In this document: positions 23,660-33,758 of the stretch, in pieces
Position numbering within the stretch: the first letter of the stretch is position 1
Layout of the letters: every line of letters begins with the position of its first letter
Assembly (NCBI GenBank): GCA_900617105.1
Contig: UYFQ01000488.1
Coordinates: 1-39,510 of the forward strand
Length of the DNA: 39,510 nucleotides
Direction: 5' to 3'
Source: Hydrurus foetidus
Lineage: Eukaryota
Position numbers and translations under genes: made by a program
Notes under the pieces: generated by a model
The model's database searches: none
Told to the model about the DNA's origin: nothing
Seen by the model: the letters and a program-made list of their open reading frames with translations, nothing else

Positions 23660-26373
23660 CTGCGCTCGATGGTACCGACGCTGTAGGAATGGAGGTGACA
23701 GTCGTAGGAGGTCTTGCCACCGGAGAGGCGGACGGCCCTCTTGATGTCACATCCGATCTCACTATCACGCTCCTGACGACATTGTTATCTTGGTCGGCGA
23801 TGTACATCATGCCCGAGGACGCATCGATGACAATGCTGTACGGATTGGATAACATCGCCAGAGTCGCTGGCCCCCCATCACCGGTGTACCCTTTTCTACG
23901 AGTACCTGCGATAGTAGTGATGATACCAGTACTCTTCGCGATCATGCGAATGACATTATTGTCGCTGTCACATATGTAGACATTGCCAGATACAGCATTA
24001 ATTGCCATATCAGAGGGATACCCTAGCATTGCTAATGCAGCTGGACCTCCATTACCACTATAGCCATCCTTGCCCGTACCAGCGATAGTAGTAATGATGC
24101 CCGTGCTCTTTGCGATCATGCGTATCACATGGTTGCCAAAGTCAGCGATGTATATGTCGCCTGTCACGGCTGCGATCGCGATACTCGTCGGATTCCGTAA
24201 TGAGGCTGATGTAGCTGGACCTCCATCACCACTGTAGCCCTGGGTGCCGTTACCAGCGATGGTGGTGATGATGCCCGTGCTCTTTATCAAAATTCGTATG
24301 ACATTGTTGTTCCTGTCAGTGATGTACAAGTCACCGGTCCTCGGGTCCATGTCGATTCCAATCAGATCAGATAAGGTGGCATTAATTGCTAGCCCCCCAT
24401 CACCACTGTAACCGTACCTTCCAGTACCTACTACGTTTGCGATAATACCTGAGCTCTTCGTGACCAAGCGGATGCGGTAGTTCACTGAGTCAGCGATGTA
24501 CACATCACCAGTAAAGGGATCAATCGCAAAGTCTGCCGGATACGACAATCTACTAGATGTTGCCAGCATACCGTCCCCTATGTAGCCGGATGATCCATTC
24601 CCTGCTGCAGTTGTGATGATACCAGTGCTCTTTCTCACGACGCGTGATTACAAACATCAGCTATGAATAGGTCGCCTGTGGAAGGATCAATCTCCATGCC
24701 CTGTGGTTTCGATATTTTAGCTGATGTTGCCGGCCCGCCATCTCCACTGTATCCTAGAAATCCAGTGCCGACATGAGTGAGTGTCGATCCAGCAACCAAA
24801 TCACCTTTTCCTGGTATCGAAGTGATGGAGGCGAAGTTCAAGTAAAGAGATAATACTGTAAAAAAGAAACGAGAATATATAAGAAACGAGAATATACTTA
24901 CAGACACTTACTTATCATATCGTATTGTGAAGAGATCATTTCTCATTACTTTAGCCTATCCTCACCTGCGCTCGATGGTACCGACGCTGTAGGAATGGAG
25001 GTGACAGTCGTAGGAGGTCTTGCCACCGGAGAGGCGGACGGCCCTCTTGATGTCACATCCGATCTCACTATCACGCTCCTGACGACATTGTTATCTTGGT
25101 CGGCGATGTACATCATGCCCGAGGACGCATCGATGACAATGCTGTACGGATTGGATAACATCGCCAGAGTCGCTGGCCCCCCATCACCGGTGTACCCTTT
25201 TCTGCGAGTACCAGCGATAGTAGTGATGATACCAGTACTCTTCGCGATCATGCGAAGGACATTATTGTTAGGGTCAGCGATGTAGATGTTGCCTGTGAGC
25301 GCATCAATAGCTACATCAGAGGGATACCCTAGCATTGCTAATGCAGCTGGACCTCCATTACCACTATAGCCATCCTTGCCCGTACCAGCGACGGTGGTAA
25401 TGATGCCCGTGCTCTTAGTGATCATGCGTATCACATGGTTTCCACTGTCAGCGATGTAGACATTGCCTGAAAGTGCATCAATAGCTACACCAGAGGGAAA
25501 ACGAAGCACCGCTGACGTAGCTGGACCTTCATCACCACTGTAGCCATTCTTGACGGTACCGGCGATGGTGGTGATGATGCCCGTGCTCCTTGTGATCATG
25601 CGTATAACATTCTTGTTCCTATCAGTGATGTACAAGTCACCGGTCCTCGGGTCCGTAACAATTCTTTCCGGATGAGGCAAGGTGGCATTTATTGCTAGCC
25701 CCCCATCACCACTGTCCCCAGAAAAGCCATTGCCAGCGATTGTGCTGATTACTCCTGTGCTCTTCGTAACCACGCGGATGATGTAGTTCAGTGAGTCGGC
25801 GATATACAAATCACCGGCGAAGGGATCAATCGCAACGTATGTCGGACAAAACAATCTACTTGATGTTGCCAGCATACCATCTCCACAATAACCAGGCATT
25901 CCATTCCCTGCTACAGTTGTGATGATGCCAGTGCTCTTTGTGACCATGCGAACCACGTTATTATCCCAATCAGCTATGTATAGATCGCCTGTAGAGGGAT
26001 CAATCGCCATGCCCTGTGGATACTGCATTGCAGCTAATGTTGCTAGCCCACCATCTCCACTATAGCCTGCTCCATCGCCGACATAGGTGAGTATCGACCC
26101 AGCAGCTGACGAAGATAATTTTGTTGTTGCGTCATCGTGTATGCTACCACGATGCAATTGTTCGGCGCCAATCTAATGTGATAGATCATTAGTTAGATAA
26201 CTGGTGCCGCTAAGTGAGCCGCGCAAGCTTTGAGTTAAACATACTACATCAGATATACGACCTGATTTGCGGCGGAAGTCACTACGTAAAGAATCGTGAA
26301 AATTGCTCCCATCCGACGCTGATGTGGTTGCGGCGAAGCCACTATCAATTACTTGAGAAGATATGGGGGCCAC
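23660..26373 (-). CDS. NHL-repeat protein with two tandem six-repeat modules, each followed by a P/S/T linker; second module frameshifted; start and last exons unresolved
   Basis: Repeats P.g.AID..tGdlYIAD..N.vIR.i.kstGiItTiAG.G..GysGDGG.AT.A.L. In-frame introns at 26244-26173 (GTATGT..CTAAC..TAG) and 24965-24856 (phase 1). Donor at 23659. About 7 nt lost near 24640. Confidence 0.88.
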
Positions 26374-27595
26374 AATTGTCGCAATTTTTTACTTTTAACT
26401 TTAGCGTCCTTCTTCTGAAGAAATTGATGCTCCACACTGTGCAAAACGCTCTCGATAACATTCTTTTTCTTTTTCTTCTGCTGTGTCTCTGAAATAATCT
26501 GAAATCGAATGTTGTGAGAGTTTTCTGAAATACGAATTAATTATCGAAAATTGGTACCGTACCCAGCGGTACCAGAAACTTGGTTTCTGGCTGTACGGAA
26601 TGAGAGTTGAGAGAGACCGTAGACCGTATAGTTACTGTACAGTAGCTGGACCGTACTACTCCTTTGCACTTTCAGCTTTCAGAATGCGGGTTACAACTGC
26701 TCGAAGTCCTGACACGGTTTCATGCTGTAAACAGGATTAGATGATAATGACGAGTATCTTAAATGCGTACTGATTATGTGTCTGCGATGGTTGCGGTGAT
26801 TCTTGTTGCTAGAACGTTTGTACGGTCCCATGTGTTAAAACAATCAGTTATAGCTACGGGCAACCCAATGTGTGGATAATTGAAATGAGGTTGGTTGGAT
26901 TTGCTATCTGCTGCAACTTTACTACAGACATTGGTACGAGACTCTAAACAACTCTCTTATAGTGGAATTTCCAACTACAATATGTGGAAGTTCGCGTAAG
27001 TCATCATCGATCATTTTGGAAAATGATTTTTGATTAAGAAAGGAATGATCGATCGCATTTCCCGAGATTGTCAGGGTCAATTTCTCTTTCAGCTGCTTTT
27101 GCTAGCCTCCTTAACATTTGACTATTTGTGATATGACACAAGTCTCAACTAATTTTCCTGAACTGCTCTAAATTAATCTGATCTATTCTCAACTAATCCA
27201 ATGTGGCAAATACCTTGTGGCGTGTCATAAGAGAGTGTATGGATATGCTTAAAATGAGTGATAACACAGACTGCCTAGTGGCACGAGAGTTCCAAATGCT
27301 TTCACTCATCAGAAGAATAATTATTTAATGGGGAAAGACGCCCCAGCTGCGGGCAGTTATAAACAATGTCGACAACATGTACACAAATGTGCCAGCAACA
27401 ACAACATCAAAGTTGATTAAGCAGAGAGTTTTAGTCGCACATAAAAAATACGGATGGAATAGGGAGTAAATAAGAAAATCCGCGTATGTGACCTGCTTGA
27501 TTCAGATGAGGTAATGTGTACGTCGAAGAAGCAAGATGAGGTGATGTCAGGAGGATGTCCATCAGCCATGTGCCTTAGCTATCCGACGCGAGTAG

Positions 27596-30039
27596 TCAGT
27601 TGACAATGATAGCGATAGACTGCTCGAGTATGGAATCAACGAGGTAGAGCAGTCCCGGGTCCTCCCTGCGCAGCAAGTAGTGGTCCTCTTTGTCTTCGAA
27701 GCCAGCTGCCAGCAGAACCTCGCCGGCACCCTCACGATTAGCAAACAGCCTGGAGATGACAGAGATGATGCGGTAGAGGCGATCGTTAGTCAGTGAATAG
27801 TAGGCAGCGAATCATTTGTGAGCGAGTGAGTCATTGGTGAGATAGAAGGACTGTGTGAGTGTGAGTGAGCGAGTGAGTGAGTGAAGGAATGAATTTAATA
27901 ATGAATGGTTCAGTATGAGAGAAAGGGAAATTTCCAATAAATTTCGCTGTGAAATATTTCTCAGGAAGCAAAGGGCGAATGATGAGAAGCCTGCTCGCGC
28001 TCTCACCGAATATATGTTTTTGTGTTCTTCTTGACTTTCCTGTACTTGGGATCTGAAGGGAAATTCTAAGTGCATAATATGAATAATGACAATAACAAAA
28101 TTATCAGAATAGTTTGCAGAATATCAGAGGTTTTGATGGCACACAGTTGGTGCAGCAGAAATGAAGTTGCTTGACATAGTATCGAGATAATAAAAAATCA
28201 GAGAGAGGTAGTAGAGCTCGGGTTATTGGTGAAGAAAAGCTGTGTACTGTACAGTAGCATATTCGTAATGTGGACCCATTGATCCTGTTGTCATGTGTGC
28301 GTGTGTATCTACATACAAAGTGCTAGTGGCAGCTGATCGATTCGAGATGCAATAAAGCTTTTCAGAATGCTTTTTTGAATGTGAATTCAGATAAAGTAGC
28401 CGGCCACACTCACCTTGGCATTGCCGATGATGGTGCGGAGCAGCTGCAGAGTGTCCGAAATATCGCCTACTGTCAGTCTGCCTTCTGCCGGACTCCTCTT
28501 TGATGCTGACCCACTGGACTGCGCGTAGGCGCCCTTCAAGCTGCCGAGAGCGGCATGATTTTTCCGCAGCAATGTGCCCAGCGCGTCTCTGAGCATGCAC
28601 AGTCTCTCAATCGGTGGAGAGTCACTCAGACTGACCGCAGTGGAAATGACATCGTCCATTTGGCGCGAGACAACAACAGCCGCATGCTCGAAATGAGCCA
28701 TCTCCATCTCACAGTCCGAGTGGTTTCTATCTTCTGCGGGGGCTTCACTCTTGTGTGCACCCTGCAGAATACGATCACTCTCTTCAATGTCATGATCGAA
28801 GCCGTCTACGTCACTTTCTGCCTTCTCACCGCTGCGAAGGTTTGTCGCCTCATCTAGCTCCATAGGCAAGACTACAGTCGCCGTCTTGTTTTCGTTTGAA
28901 GATAGGGTTGCACCGTTGACGGCACTTTCATCATGCCAAATAGCTTCAGTAATATTATGTTGGTCGCAGTCACTTACAGTCATCTCGTTGTAGTCGGTAA
29001 TATCAAAGGAGGAGCCTGGATATATGACAGTCCCGGATCCTGTCGATATTTGCTGATGAGATTGATTGTTATATGTGGTGTTCCTGCTGCCGCAACTCCT
29101 CTCTGCTTCGCTTTCTTCAACGGATAGTCTCATGATAGCGGCTGTGCCAGCGGCGACTCGCGCAGGTAGTATGACTCCACCCTCAGAATTATCTATTCCC
29201 CGCCCGCCCAGTATATTCTTACTATTGTTGTTATTGCGTTGATTGGCTGGGGAGGTGGATGGGACGTGCACAAGATTAGCAACTTGCCCACTTGTTGATC
29301 GCCCTTTTGATGCTCTCCAGTCCAGCTCCACCACTTCCCTCTCGATCTGCCTCATCAGCATATAGAAGTTTCCATCGTGATCGGAATGGACGTTATGCGT
29401 CAATTCGTGAAATAGAACTTTACGTATCGACAGAATTTTTCTGAAGCCTTTTAAATCGTCAGTTCTGAGGCGGAGGAGAATCCTTATTCCGTTTCCTTCG
29501 TTCAAACCCATCACACAGACATCAGAGACGCCAACGTAACCCTCAGGATATAACTCGCATAGAGCGCCAACTTTAAATTTGTGCTTCTCCATTACTGCCA
29601 GAACGCCCACATCGTTACTGAGCTCCTCAAGGATTGACCTTGCGATGGTTTCATCTGGAAGCCCAGGGAGTGTTTGGATTCCACCGAAGCGGTATGGAGA
29701 GTGCTTGTGATCTCGAGCACTTTTTGTGGATGGTACAGGAGAGGAAACGGTTCCATCCAAGTCATTCACGATCCTTCTCGTGATCGCATGAGGAAGCGAT
29801 TGTTGAAATGAATCAATCTCTGTTTGCTTTGAGCCGATGGCAGAAATTTTCGCCATGATGCCGCCCGGAATCGATCCGACATTAAGGTTCAACGCTGAAT
29901 TTAGTGATTTCCCCGAGAGTATCAATTTTATGTTGGAGCATCCGGTAATAAATTCAATTCGGCTCTTGATTTCGTTAAGAGAAGTCTCGACTTCGACATC
30001 ACCAATCTCAATTATTTCTTTCCCAAACTTGATGAGCAT
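27596..30039 (-). CDS. WSS1: UBL-WLM-PUB metalloprotease (Wss1-like DNA-protein crosslink repair protease); exons 30039-28414, 28065-28007, 27749-27596; 612 aa
   Basis: N-terminal ubiquitin-like KLILSGK; WLM VGALCEL, GLNEGNG..ILLRLRTDD, HELTHNVHSDH; PUB IIGNAK|NFPSDPKYRKVK...LLAAGF...RREDPGLL. All GT-AG junctions are in phase. Confidence 0.93.
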
Positions 30040-30211
30040 TTCGTGATCCGTCTACCGCTTGGCGAGTCAGAGGGTTGGAATAGGCGACTTCTGAATGATT
30101 TACTCTGCCGAGTATTGAGGAGGCTGAGTGCATTCCTGTGTTTATTTGTCCATTTTAGTGTGACGAAGAACAGAAGAGTAAGCGCGTTACGAAGAACATG
30201 CTGATTGTTTG

Positions 30212-30490
30212 TGTTGGAAATCTGGGCGATTTACACGGAATTTCTTCCGAGTTCCCAAACGATCCCTGCACTTCCGACTGCTAGCAACGCTCGCTCAAAA
30301 GAGAAGAAGACGTTCTATTCGGTAAGTTGGATTAAACGACAGTGACATGCTGTCGATTACATCTAGGTAGCATAACATGAGTGCGAGGGTTGCGGTCAAT
30401 GCTATCGCTGAATGTACGTACACCCGTGCATGAAAACAATCATACATCACACAGGGTACAAGATCCTAGTCTAATCCGGATATCACAACA
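30212..30490 (-). repeat. Copia-type 3' LTR (279 bp, TGTTG...CAACA)
   Basis: 5-bp inverted termini; preceded on the minus strand by PPT-like GGGGGTG (30491-30497). Confidence 0.75.
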
Positions 30491-31003
30491 CACCCCCATG
30501 ATGGTTATTGTTTGAATAAGTGAATATGTTAATTAGCATATGCTTATATAGTATACTTATTGGTTATTGTTCATAATGTTTCACACAACACTCAGATAGG
30601 GAACTTAGTGTTAGGGTATGGTAAACAGTAAATTTTCTTAAAAATATTTTTCACGGAATTTTTTAATATTGACAAGTTGCATCGTGATGTGGTGTAAAAT
30701 AAAACATGGGTGGTTGGATTAGCTGGTAAGTATTACTCGAGAAAAACTATTTCTAAACCGTCAAAAAAGCCTCAGCTGGTGACCGGTCTCGAGTTCGATC
30801 CAACCGATGTTGGTGCCCTTAAATCCGCTAAAACGTCGACATTCGATGTCGCAAAAGCGGTGCATCGATGTCCCTCGCGGTCCTATCAAACAAATGTTGA
30901 TTTAAAGCGAAATCAGATTTTTATTTTTATTTTGGAATTCATCTGGAAAAAGCGCTATATAATTGGGTAAGTCAAAATCAATAAATAACTCCCCTGAATT
31001 TCT

Positions 31004-33004
31004 TTATACATTGAGCACTTGGTCACGTAGCTCTTGGAATAGCTTCCCCTGCAGTGGCTTGGTCAGCAAATCTGCAATCATTTCTTTAGTACTCTTGTAG
31101 GTTACAATAATATGGTCTGATTTAATTCGGTCATGCAGGAAGAAAAACTTGATGTCTATGTGTCTAGTTCTTTCACTGTTTGACCTACCGTTCTTAACTA
31201 ACTGAATTGTGGATAGGTTATCTTGGTAGATTAAAGCTGGACCTACCTCATACTCTTGATGGATAAGGAAATTCCTAGTCCATAAAACCTGATTACCTGC
31301 TTCAGTCATAGCTACTAGTTCTGCCTCTGTGCTAGACGTAGTATTTAATTTCTGAGTGGAACTCTTACCATATATTGCTCCCTTACCTAGTGTTATAATA
31401 CAGCCAGTGTGACTCTTCTTATCTGCATGTACAGCGTATGATGCATCAATATAGGCTATAACCTTAACCGGAGTATCTACCTCCAGGGTCAGCGGCGTAG
31501 CTCTGGTCTCTCTGATATACCGTATAGTATGTGCTAACTTATTCCAGTCGTCGGTTCTAGGTTCTAGGACTCTTTTAGTTAGATATGCTATACATGTCAG
31601 TATGTCTGGTCTGGTTCTCTTACTTAAATATAACAACTTGGCTGTTAGTGAGTGGAATCTCTCACGTTCTTTATCATTCAATAAAGGACTGTTAAGATCG
31701 GTCTTGAATAGATTATCGTCGGCAGGTGTTCTAGACACCCCCACAATCTCTATGCAATCGTCTAACAAGTCTTTTATGAAACCTTCCATGGATATGACAA
31801 CTCTGCCTAACTGCTCAAAGTTAAAAGTCATACCTATATAATTCAACACTCTGCCTCTACTCTTAGTCAGGCCTGGGTATAGGTTTTCTATCTCTGAAAC
31901 TATACTATCTATACGCTTCTCATCCCTACTGCTGATCATCATATCATCAACATGGATAACTAAAGTAGTCTGAGTGGAATCTAGCTCAGTCCTATTGAAT
32001 ACACATATGTCTGATGGATTTACCTTATAGCCTAGCTGTGTTAAGTCTGATGATATTTTATCGTACCATAACTTAGCTGACTCTACACATCCATATAATG
32101 CTTTCTTAAGCTTAACTACTACTGTTCCTTTCTCATTTACATACTTCTGATAGGACTTGTCAATGCTAACTAATATGTTAGTCAAATATTTATTCAGTCT
32201 CATCAGCACTGCATGGTCACCGTCTAGTGGCATATCACTGTTGAGGAATGCACCAGGAAAATCGATCGTAGCGACCGCTCGATTTTCACTAGCAGCAATT
32301 GCAGCAACAATAAATACGCTAGTGGTGCTAACAGTTGGTGATGAACCGTTATCATAAATATTTCTATCTTGTAAGTGACCTCCTGCCACAAGTCTAGATT
32401 TTAGCTTATCAAATTTACCATCTGCTGTATACTTATCTTTTAAAAACATACTGCTGGTTATGATACTTTTCCTCTGATGGTAACTAAGACTGTTGAGGTG
32501 AACTGCCTCCCACACATTCTTATCACACATCTGTTGTAACTCTTTTTTAATGGAATCTACGGCTATCTCGCCTAATTTCTGTACTCCTTCTGTTACGGTC
32601 ATGTTCATCATGTACTTACACATAACTGAATCTTTGTAGCTAGGTATACTTAAACCTACTAATCTCTTGTTCCATCTACCTGGTTGATGGTTTCTAGCAC
32701 TACGTCTGGGTTGTTTATCTAGAATTTCCTCTGACTTGCTATTTTCTGTGGTGGGGGTATCTACCTCATCATCGCTGTCTACACCAAATATATCTTTCAT
32801 TAATGCATCGGGGTCAGTTGGTGTATCGTCATACACTACATCCTCTCCTTCATTAACGTATATATTATTTGGTATGTATTCTGTTAGTTGTTCGAACTCT
32901 GATTCGTAAGCTACATCAGAATTGCCATCGTATGAGTCAAAATTATTTGCTATCTCATGATGCACAAATTCGTCTTCTGTAGGGTGTGGTAGTTCCGGGT
33001 CCAA
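31004..33004 (-). CDS. pol: Copia-3 pol 3' half: linker, RT, RNase H; open frame cut at its 5' side by Gypsy-2
   Basis: KSRLVAGGHLQ, DFPGAFL, KALYG, HVDD, TRPDI, YIDASY, SSTEAE, YQDN, RTRHIDIK, MIADLLTKPL. Confidence 0.95.
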   Translation of the reverse strand: MDPELPHPTEDEFVHHEIANNFDSYDGNSDVAYESEFEQLTEYIPNNIYVNEGEDVVYDDTPTDPDALMKDIFGVDSDDEVDTPTTENSKSEEILDKQPRRSARNHQPGRWNKRLVGLSIPSYKDSVMCKYMMNMTVTEGVQKLGEIAVDSIKKELQQMCDKNVWEAVHLNSLSYHQRKSIITSSMFLKDKYTADGKFDKLKSRLVAGGHLQDRNIYDNGSSPTVSTTSVFIVAAIAASENRAVATIDFPGAFLNSDMPLDGDHAVLMRLNKYLTNILVSIDKSYQKYVNEKGTVVVKLKKALYGCVESAKLWYDKISSDLTQLGYKVNPSDICVFNRTELDSTQTTLVIHVDDMMISSRDEKRIDSIVSEIENLYPGLTKSRGRVLNYIGMTFNFEQLGRVVISMEGFIKDLLDDCIEIVGVSRTPADDNLFKTDLNSPLLNDKERERFHSLTAKLLYLSKRTRPDILTCIAYLTKRVLEPRTDDWNKLAHTIRYIRETRATPLTLEVDTPVKVIAYIDASYAVHADKKSHTGCIITLGKGAIYGKSSTQKLNTTSSTEAELVAMTEAGNQVLWTRNFLIHQEYEVGPALIYQDNLSTIQLVKNGRSNSERTRHIDIKFFFLHDRIKSDHIIVTYKSTKEMIADLLTKPLQGKLFQELRDQVLNV

Positions 33005-33180
33005 GGTCCCGATCCTACCGGATAGTACTACGGTACACTACTCACCGTACACTACAGTCTGTTGTATCGTCGTAGCCACTTACAGCCTCCACGTAGAAGT
33101 TCACCCTAGCTTCTAGCTTTCTAGCTGTAACTAACTACCTCTCTAGCCTTCCACCTCTTCCTTTTCCCATTCGAGCCATA
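33005..33180 (+). repeat. Gypsy-2 5' LTR (inferred; no TG start seen, ends CATA)
   Basis: Shares AGAAGTT, TAACTAAC, TAGCCTT and CCTTTTC in the same order as the Gypsy-1 LTR (minus strand). Confidence 0.6.
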
Positions 33181-33191
33181 ATAGCGCTATT
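33180..33191. promoter_or_regulatory. 12-bp palindrome at the PBS position of Gypsy-2
   Basis: AATAGCGCTATT, in the same register as 8072-8083. Confidence 0.7.
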
Positions 33192-33758
33192 CCCGCTCAT
33201 CCTCCTTCGCTTCTCTTTCTACCTATCTACTCGTCCCAAACTTTAGATAGACTTCCAAAGGAGTAGATTCACTCCACGACTTCCGAGGAGTCGTTTTCTC
33301 GCTGAGCCCGAAGCTCCGAGAACTTAGTTTAAGTTTACAGGAGTTTGGCATAGCCGCTTCCTGCTTGAAACCCTCCGAAAGGTGTTTTCAAAAGTTCGTT
33401 TTTGGTCGAAGTCGCGAGAGGCTTCCCAACTCGAAATTAAGGAGTTCTCCACTGGCAATTTGGACACCGGTTCCACTGCTAGCGACATCAGATTAGTCTA
33501 AGGACGTCTTTTGGTCGACAGGAAGTTCTTCCTTCATCCTTAACAGGACACAAAATTTTCCATCACCCAAAATTCGGCTTTCACGCCATAGAATTTTTCT
33601 CGACAAGAGTGGGTTGAAATCATCTCATTCGCTGTTACTTGCGTAAAGTACCCGATACGCGAACGAGGCGAAGCTCTCGCAAAATTTTTTGACGAGGAAA
33701 GCTCGTCCTCGCTTCGATACAACTCGATTTATATCGATTGCTCATCCTACGATAGGAG

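Noticed and set aside
23637..26157. Bacterial contamination or recent horizontal transfer of the NHL repeats
   Set aside because: In-phase spliceosomal introns are present; origin cannot be judged without a phylogeny.
26520..27560. Decayed coding sequence or small element (hairpin CCAGAAAC/GTTTCTGG near 26572)
   Set aside because: No ORF, recognisable motif, TIR pair or TSD was found.
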